Positions 49,775 through 62,499 are shown, counted from the first letter of the stretch. The stretch is DNA of 64,000 bases from Blepharisma stoltei ATCC 30299 (GCA_965603825.1 CBFDEM010000010.1:496001-560000), one strand, 5' to 3'. Numbers and translations are program-made. The notes: a model not told the origin generated them from the letters alone.

Positions 49775-51067
49775 ATGTGCAGTAGACTCTGCTCTTTCGA
49801 AAAATGCTCTAGTAATCCTGCAGTTGTATGCAATTGCGAGGCAATTCCTGTATTAATTTGCCAAGAGCACATTAAAAATCATTCCCAGCTTCAAAGATCC
49901 CATACTTATACCAAAGTTTTTTCTGAAATTCGAGAAGAAGCAAGGAAATCTGCAATTAAATTATTTTCAAAAATCAAGCCAGAATTAAGAAAACTTAGAT
50001 CAAATATCATACAAGAAGAGCTATCAATGATTAAAGAAATCAACAAAACTTCCAAAAATGCTTTAGTAGAGCTTAAAATTTGTGAAGAAAACTTAAATCA
50101 AATTATATTAGAAATCAGCAGCTTAAGATTTATTGATAACTCAAAATCATCGACTTTTGTAGAATCATTACTCAAAATGCAACAACAAGATATTGAAAAA
50201 ATCAAAAAAATTAGAGGGCCTAAGCTTAGCATAAATAGCATTGATTCTAATTTTTTTTCTAAAATTTTCGAGCTTGAGACCTCACCAGAATGTTTCGATT
50301 ATCGGCAAAATTATTGTGATAATCCCAGAGTAATTAAATTTATATGAGGAAATTCAAACAAATATATTATTGGTACTTTTGATGCCGAAACTTTAAAAGT
50401 TTATCAGCATAAGCTTGAGGGTGATTATTTTTATCAACATGGGATAAAGTGTTTGCTGCCTGATGGTAGCATTCTTTATGCTCTATATGAAAATTTGATG
50501 ATAATTGACTCGTTGGGTAATATAAAACCAATATCTACTTATAAAATTAAGTCAATGATTTCTCCCATCTATGTTGGTGGATGCATTTTCGCATGTACTG
50601 GCTATCCGAAGATGGGCGAAATACATTATTCAAAGAAACGAATGAAGCGAATTAACTCCTCTTCCTCAAAGTCATGAGCTTTTCCATTTTTGCGCTTTGT
50701 TTCAAAATTATATATTTTATTAGGATCAAATAGCGAATCAAAAATTATTTACTATGATATGCTAATAGATTCTTTTTCAGAAATATCATCATTAAATTTA
50801 AAAAAATCAGTAACAAAGACTATTGTTGTGCAAGATCGAAGGGTATTTATTATAGAATTTTCTCAATTTATATATGAAAGCACTGATAATTTAATAGCAT
50901 GAAACATTATAGGAGAATGCTCTGGACTAACAGCACGTTTTTCTATCACAAGCTATCCCATCTTTTATAAAGAAAAAATATATTTTGCACATACATATAA
51001 GATCTATGCATTTGATATAAAAGAAAAGGTTATCAAATTTATGGTTAACCTTGATTTTTCTCATTAA
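49775..51067 (+). pseudogene. MCTRL-family copy 3; frameshifts near 50610-50710
   Basis: Alignment to copy 1. Confidence 0.78.
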
Positions 51068-52613
51068 TTCTAATATCTTTAACGCATAAAATTATTTAAT
51101 CAGCACGCATAATATGATTTTAACTAACGCCCTGCATATATAAATAGAATTTACCTTAAAACTACGTTAGGCTATTAAAACGAATTTTGAAGCTAACACT
51201 GACTTCCTTTGCAAGATTTATCAGTTTTGCAGTCAGGCTGCTGTGAAAGATCTAGGGTTGGCCTTTCCTTACTTTAAGACTTCACTATTAATTAGTCAGC
51301 TTATGGATTTTTTGACCCAGAAATGGCGATGGGAATCGTTTGATTTCAAAAATTAATTCTTGGGGCTTAGCAGGTGCTAAAGTGCCTTTCTTCAGAAATT
51401 ACAGGAAAAAGACTGTTTCAATAGTCGATATGTAAATTGACGGTTTTAGGCAAGTGCAATACTTAAGAGTCGAAGGGCATTGTCACATACCTCAATTTCC
51501 TATTACAAAAATATAGAAAAACCTCTTTGATGCATATTTACTGGGCTTTTTAGATTATTTAAGAGCTCGCCTTAGCTTAAGGTCTGGGCTGTAGCGTCCA
51601 AGTCACTAGAAAACGCACATGTCTTGGGTTTATTAAATATAAATATAACACTTTGACTAAATAATTCCAACAAATTATAAATTTTTTATACAGCCTTTCA
51701 TCTTTCCTAGTTCGAGTCAAATATAATTATATCACCATTTTTAATCTTCACCTCACATGGTATTTCCATTAAGCTTTCACCATAATAATGCCATTCAATG
51801 GCTGAATTAGAAGAAATCAGACCCTGCCAATCTTTTGCGTAATATTTGGCAAGAGGCTATTCTCTTTACCAATTCTTATTCATACAGTTGACTTATAGAT
51901 ATCGATTTACAGGATATTGCCTTATAATTTTTGTCTATTTTGCTTAAAATGTTTTCACAAGCCTTTTTCTTCTTTCTCTGGTATAAGTCTCTTTTGCTTT
52001 TTGCAAAGCTTTAAACTGTCTGATTTTTTTTTTCTCAATATTCATATATCAAAATCAAAATAAATGCTTAAATAGATTTTTACTATTCTCCAAGTTTATT
52101 TACTATAAGCAAGTACATACCCAAGGTTTCCTTTGGTATGCATAAACTCTAAGGCATGCTATAGATATTTCCTTTTAAGCATATTATTGAATTTGTGATT
52201 GCTGAATTTAAATATCAACTTTGATAAGTTTATTGATTTTTCTTAGGTTGATGCAAGATTATGTAATTCGATTTTTAACAGGTCGAAGCATAAGGAAAGA
52301 GAGTTTATCAAAATATTTTCAATTAGAGAAGTTCCAGTAAAAGCTGATATATACACATTCGCAATTTTAGTTCATCAGATTCAATTTCCAAGCCATTTGT
52401 AAAAGGCTTTATTGGTTTTTAATTAGTTTTTATGCCTTATAAAAGAATTTTCTTGGAAATTTCCATGGGTATTAGTGTAAGATAATTTGGATTTCTGATA
52501 AAAGAAGTTAGTATAATTGTCAAACATTTTTACTGATATTTTATACTGAACTTTTATTTTCTAAAACAAAGTAAATTTTAGCCAAACAATTAATATTCAC
52601 TCAAAGTTATTAA

Positions 52614-54398
52614 TAATTATTTATATGCAGACTCAATTTATATACTACCTTATATAAAAGCTTTTAATGTGCTCTATATAGTATCAATCTTTATTGCCCT
52701 GCTGATATTTTTCCAATTCTTACCACATGGCAAATGAATATAGCATTTCAAGTCCTAGGACTGGTGTTAGCTGCTTCAGAGGCAAAATTTTATCAATCCC
52801 GATTAATTCATCTTATAATTTCACTATTTGTTATATTTTGCAATTAAATAAATTAAATCTATAATTAATTTAGTCATTATTCTGATGAGCATGATATAAA
52901 ACCACCTGCAGTCCAAAATTATTCTTCAGCTAATTTATTAAAATATATAACATTTTTCAGCTTCTTTTTCTTTAAATTAAATCTGAAAATGCCTGATCAG
53001 TTTGCATAATAAACTTTTTCTTCATAATAAATTGGTGAACTCTTCATCTCAAAACTGCATCCTCTAACATATAATTTCCCAAGAATTTTTCAGTCACTTA
53101 AATCTCCGTTATTTTCATATAAATATTCTTCATTGCTAATTGCATAAATATTTTCACTACCAATAATAAATAATTTACATTGCGTTATTGATGGGATTGA
53201 TAGATTTGAAAACGAGTCTATATCAATATCATAGATATACACTTTATTTGTGACAAGGCTCCATAAAAATACGTAATTCTTAAATAAAGGACCGACCTGC
53301 CCTGCACTTCATGCATCATAATTAGAGGCAAGTTTATACCATCGACCTTCGCTAATTTTATATCTTCATGACATATGGTGAATCCCACTTACTAAATAAA
53401 CAAAGCCATCATGATAAAATGAACACCCATACTGAGACTTTTTATTCGTTGTAATATACTTTACGTTATTCAAAGGATCAATGATATATGAGACAGATCC
53501 ATAATGATAAAATAGGCTTCCATCAGGGAGCAAACACTTTGATGCTTGAAAATGCAACTCTTTATCTATTTTTAGCTCTATATGATCAATTGTTTTAGTT
53601 CTTGCATCAAAAATACTTACGGGCAAGTAAAACTTTAGAAAATCCTAATTTTTTTAAAGAAACCTCTCCATAAAAGAGCAAAAAGATTTTCAAATATTTT
53701 TTATATATGATTTTTATAACAAAATCTCTTGCAATTTTTAAGACATTGAATTCTCAAATAGAAGATTTAATTCTAAAAATCAATTTTAATATAAAATTAA
53801 CTCTTTTAACGAGCAATAAAGAAGGTTTGCTCCCTTGCACAGGAGAATTAAAGTTTTTGAGTTATTACTGCTTAATTTGAACTTTAGCTTATCAGATTCA
53901 AATTGTTGAGAGCTTTTGTGATATCAATTTTGATCAATTTGAAGAATGCTAGATTTTTCTTCCATATATTACAGAAATGGAAATGAAAGCTAGAAAATGA
54001 ATAATAAGCAATAATTCTTATAATGACACTATAGTTCAAAGTTCGGATGGGTGTTGGCATTCTTCAGACTGGTGGTGCTCTCTAATATTTAGCTAATTTA
54101 TTATCGATCTCTTTTAGTGTCCACTATCATATCGCTCCTGTCCTTCCCTCCCTGCTCCAAGGTTCCTTGCCCACACACGAGGCCCTATATAGCGTTATTC
54201 AGCTCGCCATTCGACTTCTAGCGTTAGATTTTTAAAGGGATAATCTCTAATATAAATTCTCTTCTGATTCTTGTATTTTTATTCAAATTTTAACAGATCT
54301 TTTGAAGCTTGTAAGGTGCTACGTGAACCATTTTTGGAGCTCCAGGCGCGCAAATCTCTTAACCGCTGTTTTAGTTTGAAGATAAGAGTTATATTTTG
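52614..54398 (+). repeat. ~1.75 kb direct repeat R1
   Basis: High identity to 57937-59634. Confidence 0.92.
52919..53626 (-). pseudogene. Open propeller-only reading frame (236 codons) with no evident ATG, copy 1
   Basis: CLLPDGSLFY, YHDGFVYLVSG, RYKISEGRW; open with TGA=W. Confidence 0.65.
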
Positions 54399-54578
54399 GT
54401 AATAAATAATTTAATATGAGACTAAAATCTTAATGATAGCATATTTAAATGGAATTACAATAAACTTTGATATTTCTTTGACATTTATTATTTATAAGAA
54501 AAGACCACGCTTTTTTTTTTTAAGTTACTCTACCTTTATATTCAAAGGGAGGTATTGATAATGAAACAATTCAATTGA

Positions 54579-57500
54579 TTAAGATTTTTTAAATCTCTTT
54601 TCTGGCTTTTGTTCTTCAACTACATATCTTTTTCTTTTTCTGTTATTTCTTTCCTCTTCTTGTTCTCGTAACTTATCACGTATGATTTCCAAGCCGGAGT
54701 CTTTCTTTTTGATTTTTTGAATTAATCTATCTATATTTTCGTCACCAAACTCAATTCTTTTTTCTTTTGTTAAAGTAACATCATTTTCTCTACACAATAT
54801 TGAACTCTGAGAAAATATTTCTCCTCTTGCAGTACTAAAATGATTATTTATATCGAATGCAACTTTAATGCTGAATTGTTGCTCGTTTATATGAATTGCT
54901 CATTTTCCATCAACAGTATTTCTATAAAATACAATTCCGCGAATTATCATTCGTTGGAGATAGTCATAATTTGGATTTAAAGCAACTTCTATGTACTTTT
55001 TAGCGCATATTTGTCAAAGTAAATCATGAGCCTTTTCACAGACCACAGAAATTTCAGCCTCTCCTAGCTTTTTATACTCATGAATTATAGCAACATCCCC
55101 TTTTCCACGCCTTGAAATGAAAATCCCATCAAGCTTTTTTTGGAATTTGTTAGATATCTCAAAGCCGATAGAATATTTTGGATCATTTGCTGTTAATAGT
55201 GGTATTGCACCTGCTCCGCCTACGATAGTTTGGAAAAACTTTTCACTTTTATATGTTCCATCGTTATTTTATCAAGGATTTCTTCTTGTATCGCTCTTGA
55301 AACTTCATCTTTATCCTCTAAATTTTCAACAAATTTTTCTAACCAATCATAAGAATTAATTTGATTTTCTCCTGTTATATTTAGTCATGCATTAAGCATT
55401 TTGTGGTAAAAATATCTTCCCACTTCTTTATTAGGAACTACCAAAACATCGATTTTGTGCTTATATTCATATGGAGTCAAGTATCCTGCATGAAGCAGGA
55501 GTAAATAAGCATTATTTCTTGCCCAAGGTTGATTAATAATCGGTTCTTTCAATTTAAGAAATCCAGTTTTCATTATATCAAATAATTCATCATCAGGTTT
55601 AAGAGCTTCGAATATCGAAGTTAAAAATCTATCGTTATTATTAACATCATTTCAATATTGATTGAGAGGTCATTGGCAATTATTAGCAGCAGAGTTCAAG
55701 CAGCTTATTATCGATCGAGAGTTGTATATTTTCTGACCCCTACATTATAACCATTATATCAGTCTTTTATTAACGCTTTCTGATCTATTAGATGACGGTC
55801 TGAATATTCTATTAAGTGCTTATTAAGCAGCCATTCAACATCCGCTTCAGTAAATCCAAAAAATTTTGAATATGATTTTATCGAAATATTGTAAGGAAAA
55901 AAAGCATCTAAATTAGATATATCAAGCAAAGTGTCATAATAATTTCCAGCTACAATTAATTTTTTTATGCGATAATCGATATGATCGACGAGTAACGTAA
56001 TGATTTTCCATAAGAGAATCTTTATTTCTTTCTGATTCTTTTGGACGAGTCCTCTATTAAAATTTTTATCATATTCATCAATAATAACAATAACAGCTTG
56101 CCCATGAATTAGATGAAGCATATGAGCCAAATTTTTCAGTGCTGTAATTATATTTATTTGTGAGCTGAATTGTCGATAAGTTCTAAATAGCTGAACTTCA
56201 GTAGGCAATATTATTTTATTACGATCAATAATATGTTCCAGCATCTCAACATTTCGATTTTTATAATTCATTTTTTCTACTCCGTATTGCTCTATTATTT
56301 TCTCTAAGTACAGACAATAGGAGGAAGTGTGCTCTTGATACAGCTTTGAAATTTCTACTTGAATTGCTTCAAAAAGGATTTCCGGAGGTATTGATTCTCA
56401 GAAAAACCCAGGAAAAGTAAACAAAATAGTCGGAATACACCCAGCAAATTGTCTATAATGTCCATTATCAGCATTCATTATTTTCAAGCATTTTGTGCTA
56501 TCCAAATTATTTAAATCAGTGTTATTTTTCCCTCCTGTAAGTAAATACAAATTTGCGAATTGCCCATTTGCATCTTGCTCTGGATTTAAAAATGCCTTTA
56601 GCATAGTTAAATTCAATGTTTTACCCCAACCTCTCGGTCTCAAAATAGCAAATTTTAGACACATATCATCTAAAATAGCTTTAATAAACATTGTTTTATC
56701 CACATAGACAGCCTTATCATCAATCATACGTTTAAAATCCCTATCACCAGTGCTAAAAAGATAAGAATTTTTGACTCTAATTGCTGATTGTGGCGTTACA
56801 GGAGACTTTTTTAGCCTTTTCTTCATGGAAATTGGTGTTTGGAAGATATTGTGGCCGGGCAATGAGCTAATCTTTAAAGATTGGATAAATTTATGCGCCA
56901 TATCATTTTTGCCTTTTTCTTTAAAATCCCTTAATATGCATAATTGATTTAAGTTCAAATTGCTTAATATAATATCCGTATCATCTTCCGATATTACCCA
57001 ATCTTCCATTTCTTTTTTAAGCTTGTTTAAAATTGAGTCTTTTATCCTTCCAAGCCAACTCAACTCGAAATTTCATGAGTCTATTTCACAATTTTGTGTC
57101 AGGGTTTCAATAATACTTTGGTCTTCAAATAGCGCTGTAATTTTATAAGCTGAGTTCAAATCAAACTGAGAAAATGAATCTAAAAAGACAGATTTGCCTG
57201 TTGAAATCAGCATAATTATATTGTACATTGATAATAGGCAGCTTTGGAGGCAATGCTTATACATTTTAATGCTATGATGATCGAATATCCAATAAGAGTT
57301 GAAAAAGCCTCCAAAGGTAGCTGATTGTCCATCAGGCCCTTTATAAGAAAATTTTGTACAAAGCAGGTACTTAAGGAGAGGAGGCAACCTATAGTTATTT
57401 CCTGATGAATCAATCGAAAAAACTAGCTCAGAAAGGTTATACAGAGGTTCTCCGTTTATATTTATGTAGTCCTTGGGGATAATTGCCATTGTTTGCCATA

Positions 57501-57899
57501 TGTAGTTTTTTTCTATTTGCTCATCTGCAAGATTAGAGTTTTACTTGCATCTAATTTTCAATAGGCTACAATAGGCCTCTTAAGTTTTTCACCATCATTT
57601 CTAATCGCCTCTTCGATTTTCTTTGTATAAGATAGCACACCATTTACTTCATCATCGATGGCGGGAGAATTATTCAAAATAAGCTCTGAGCCTATTATTT
57701 GAATTTTGTCTTGGTAAATATGCTTAAGGGCTTCTTGAATGCCAAAGGCAGATGCATAGCATTTTGCTTTGCTTAAACGATCATAAGTATCAAGATTGTT
57801 AAAAACGGTGTAAAGTTCCTGCTTTAAGCTATTCATATTTTTATTTATCAAACTCAATTTATAAGAAAATGTCTTAGCCCCTTTTTCATTTAATAGCAT
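54579..57899 (-). CDS. N-terminal domain + AAA-ATPase-like NTPase + PD-(D/E)XK nuclease + basic NLS-like tail (~1100 aa; two 1-nt frameshifts)
   Basis: YVDKT, RPRGWGKTLNLTML (Walker A), IIDEYD (Walker B), FGFTEADV, KDW(TGA)YNGY, LLLHAGYLT, VPNKEV, EKFFQ, LDG...IIHEYKK, LW(TGA)QICAKKY; putative 20-nt intron 57525-57544; frameshifts ~55738 and ~55267. Confidence 0.85.
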
Positions 57900-57936
57900 T
57901 TATTTTACTCTAGATTTCTTTTACACTTTGCCTCAG

Positions 57937-59634
57937 TAATTATTTGTATGCAGACTCAATTTATATACTACCTTATATAAAAGCTTTTAATGTGCTCTCT
58001 ATAGTATTAACTTTATTGCCCTGCTGATATTTTTCCAATTCTTACAACATCGCAAAATGAATATGGCATGTAAAATCCTAGGACTGGTGTTAGCTGCTTC
58101 AGAGGCAAAATTTTATCAATCCCGATTAATTCATCTTATAATTTCACTATTTGTTATATTTTGCAATTAAATAATTAAATCTATGATCAATTTAGTCATT
58201 ATTCTGATGAGCATGATATAAAACCACCTGCAGTCCAAAATTATTCTTCAGCTAATCTATTAAAATACATAACATTTTTCAGCTTCTTTTTCTTTAAATT
58301 AAATCTGAAAATGCCTGATCAGTTTGCATAATAAACTTTTTCTTCATAATAAATTGGTGAACTCTTCATCTCATAACTGCATCCTCTAGCACATAATTTC
58401 CCAAGGATTTTTCAGTCACTTAAATCTCCATTATTTTCATATAAATATTCTTCATTGCTAATTGCATAAATATTTTCACTACCAATAATAAATAATTTAC
58501 ATCGCGTTATTGATGGGATTGGTAGATTTGAAAACGAGTCTATATCAATATCATAGATATACACTTTATTTGTGACAAGGCTCCATAAAAATACGTAATT
58601 CTTAAATAAAGGACCGACCTGCCCTGCACTTCATGCATCATAATTAGAGGCAAGTTTATACCATCGACCTTCGCTAATTTTATATCTTCATGACATATGG
58701 TGAATCCCACTTACTAAATAGACAAAGCCATCATGATAAAATGAACACCCATACTGAGACTTTTTATTCGTTGTAATATACTTTACGTTATTCAAAGGAT
58801 CAATGATATAAGAGACAGATCCATAATGATAAAATAGGCTTCCATCAGGGAGCAAACACTTTGATCCATGAAAATGCAACTCTTTATCAATTTTTAGCTC
58901 TATATGATCAATTGTTTTAGTTCTTGCATCAAAAATACTTACGGGCAAGTAAAACTTTAGAAAATCCTAATTTTTTTCAATTTTTAATTCTCAAATAGAA
59001 GATTTAATTCTAAAAATCAATTTTTAATATAAAATTAACTCTTTAACGAGCAATAAAGAAGGTTTGCTCCCTTGCATAGGAGAATTAAAGTTTTTGAGCT
59101 ATTACTGCTTACTTTGAACTTTAGCTTATCAGATTCAAAGTGTTGAGAACTTTTGTGATATAAATTTTGATCAATTTGAAGAATGCTAGATTTTTCTTCC
59201 ATATATTACAGAAATGGAAATGAAAGCTAAAAATGAATAATAAGCAATAATCCTTAAAATGATATTCTTAAAATGACATTATATAGTTCAAAGTTCGGAT
59301 GGTTGTTTGCATTCTTCAGACTGGGTGGTGCTCTCTAATATTAATTTATTATCGAACTCGTTCAGTGTCCACTATCATATCGCTCCCTGCTCCAAACTTC
59401 CTTGCCCACACATGAGGCCCTATATAGCGTTATTCAGCTAATCCTTCAACTTCTGGCGTTAGATTTTTAAAGGGATAATCTCTAATATAAATTCTCTTCT
59501 GATTCTTGTATCTTTATTCAAATTTTAAAAGATCTTTTGAAGCTTTGCAAGGTAGTTGGGGAACCAATTTTTGAGCTCCAGGGTGTGCAAATCTCTTGAC
59601 CGCTTTTTTAGTTGAAGATAAAAGTTGTATTTTG
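57937..59634 (+). repeat. ~1.7 kb direct repeat R2
   Basis: High identity to 52614-54398. Confidence 0.92.
58241..58948 (-). pseudogene. Open propeller-only reading frame, copy 2
   Basis: Same length (708 nt) as copy 1, few substitutions. Confidence 0.65.
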
Positions 59635-59787
59635 ATGGTAGTAATATTAGACGCTGCCAGTTTAACTTGAAAGAAAAATCATTTTCTTCACTGCCTTATT
59701 AAGAGGCTTAAAAAACTTATTTAATGCTCTTGTGTTATCAACTATATAGCAGATATTTATAAAATTTAGCTTGCATTATAGTAATTA

Positions 59788-60930
59788 ATGAAACTTATGC
59801 ATTTTTTCGAGCCAGAATGCAAGAATGAGGTTGAATACTCGTGCCCATGCACCTCTCCTGAAACTCTATCTTGTGAACTGCATGCTGGTAAGCATATGAA
59901 GATCCCTAGCAGAGCTCATTCTTTCAACTCAATTTTTGTAGAGCCACGTAAAGAGACAAAAGAAGAAATTATTAAGTTTCTCACAAGAGAAAACTCAAAA
60001 AATAGTAAGTTAAGGGGAGATAATTTGCCACTCAAAGAAATTATAAAATTTGCTCAAAAACCTTCATTCTATATTTCAGATTTAGTTTACAAGGAGCAGA
60101 TTCATTTGCTAAAAGATGAAATAAGAGAAATATCAACTTCAATTTGAATAGCAGAAAATAACTCCCAAACTGTGGCTGTAAAAAAATATACTTATAGAAA
60201 GAAAAAACTTACTCGAAAATACAAAAAAGAAGCAAAATTTCTTGCTATTTTAGATTTGCTTAATCATCCATTTTTTGTAAAGTTTTATAAATTCGGCAAA
60301 AAATCATTAGAAGGACAGTTTGAGTTTTGCGTCGTTATGGAATACTGCCCTAGTAGCTTGCATAGACAAATTATGGAAAAAATTGTCTTTGGTGAAAATT
60401 CTAATTCTATCATAGCTAAAATTGTGGATAAATTATTAAGCGGATTTGTAAAGTTAAGCAGCTTAAATATTGTGCATAGAGATATAAAGCCTCAAAATAT
60501 CTTAGTCTCTGAGGATGGTGAGTATAAACTAATTGATTTTGGGATTTCTGAAGTTGTTTCATCAATTTCTGAAGAAAATGAGTACTTAATTAAGGGCACA
60601 CATGATTATATGTCTCCAGAACTTATTTCAGAGTTAAATAAAAATTCTCAAACGTGTGTGAAGTTTAAATATAACCTGGAAAAAGCAGATGTTTATTCAT
60701 TAGGACTAGTATTTTGGAAAATTAGCACAGGTAAAAGAGTAAAAGGAATCAATCAAATTATTTATCAAGAGGAAATGTGCGAAATTCTTAATGAAATAAA
60801 ATTAAACTGACTAAGAAAAGTGCTAGAAAAAATGCTCTTGATGGATCCAGCAAAAAGATTCACATTCAAAGAAGCTTACACATATCTGAAAGAAGATGAT
60901 GATTTTATCAAAGATCTGAATCTGGCTTAA
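59788..60930 (+). CDS. Chimeric kinase: MELMH-family N-terminal Zn module fused to a Ser/Thr kinase domain (380 aa, intact)
   Basis: TGA at 60145-60147 and 60808-60810 read as W; VAVKK, HRDIKPQNIL, DFG, GTHDYMSPE, DVYSLG, DPAKR. Confidence 0.87.
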
Positions 60931-61015
60931 AGTATTCGAAAGTAACCGGTAACTCTAATTATCATATTAAAAACCATTGCAAATTTAAATTCTATTAAAG
61001 ATTATTTAAATAAAA

Positions 61016-61753
61016 ATGAAAATCGTATTTTTATTAATTACTGCAATATATGCAAGCAATTTTCCTATGCTTGATCTTCAAGCATCTCTCAAAGTCCCTA
61101 TATGAACCTCCAATAATTATTGTGGCTGAGCAGGGGTCTACTGTAACAGCAGTAATGAAGTCTATGCAATTTGTTTAACAGGCCTCCCATTTACAGGCGA
61201 TCTTGCTGAAGGAATTTTTAGCAGGCTTCCAAAACTTTCGATTTTGGCTATCGTGATTGACGACAATTCCCAAGCTCAAGCTTTAACTCTTCCCAGCGAT
61301 CTTTGCACATTGAATTCTTTGAATCAGCTGGAACTTCACAGATTAAATATAAATACAGCATTTCCTTCACAAATTCTCAGCTGCACAAAGTTAAAAATTC
61401 TCCATATGGCTTATTGTGGATTGACAGGAACTTTGCCTGATTTCTCTAATATGAACAACCTGGAGACGCTAGATTTGAATGGAAATAAGTTTACAGGAAG
61501 CATTTCTCAATCTATAGCAAATTTACCAAATTTAGTAACTTTGCAATTATTCAGTAATTCACTTAGTGGAAGTCTGCCTAGCTTTGCATCAAACAACTTG
61601 GCTTCACTTGATGTAAGGAATAATGCCCTCACAGGATCAGTTCCTTCTGATTTGTTTTCTAAATCAAGCATAGACTATTTTGGGTTTGATGGAAATCAAA
61701 TGACAGTTCCTGAAATTTGCAAAGATAAGCCATTTTGTATCCCGTTTTCTTAA
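61016..61753 (+). CDS. Secreted plant-type LRR protein (245 aa)
   Basis: MKIVFLLITAIYAS leader; cap YCGW(TGA)AGVYC; repeats LDLNGNKFTGSI, LQLFSNSLSGSLP, LDVRNNALTGSVP. Confidence 0.88.
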
Positions 61754-62499
61754 GTGATTGAATAGATTTTAATTAAAACATATTGCCGAATCATTCTCTT
61801 ACTTATCAAATTAATCACTCAATTTTCATAGTCCATCATGAATCTCTACAATTTTCTCAATTAAAAAATATAATAATTAAATAATTAGCTTGATATATAA
61901 TCCTTTCTATTATATCTAAGAGTTTCACGATGGCCAAGAAAGTTTTGAATTGCAGGATGATAATTATCAAAACTATTTCTCAAGGTCTATAATGCCTTGG
62001 ATGATAAATAATGCTGATCGCATAAAATTATTATTATTACTAAGTTATTATAATGAGATCTCTAATATAAGCCCTAAATTGCTAAGTTAATATAATTCTC
62101 TATCTTATCTTCTCCCCACATGCACCTATTATTATTTCTGACAAAAACCCTTTCTCCAAAAAACTATTTTAAAATTAATTTTAAAAGAACTAAGCTAGCT
62201 ATCACTGACAGAATTAAGATAATTAAGCAGAATTCTTGACAATGTATTTTACAAGATAACTTTCAGGATTTTTATTTGGAAATCCACAATGCAAGGTTGC
62301 ACTATAGCGAAGAGTTTCTGTGTAAGTCTTATAGTCACTGGATATATATTACCTTTCAAGATGGGTCAACTCTGATAATACTTTGGCAGCTTTATCATCG
62401 TTAAATAAGCCACTTGTAAGCTTCTGACTATATTTTACACTGAAGTTTAAATCGTGTTCCATATTTATTATTATCACCAAACTCATTTTGATTATATAA

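Noticed and set aside
54120-54190. Rab-like GQERYDS motif on the minus strand
   Set aside because: Absent from the R2 copy and no other GTPase motifs nearby; likely chance.
52614-59634. LTR retrotransposon
   Set aside because: The repeats contain host gene fragments, lack TG...CA ends, and there is no gag, RT or integrase.
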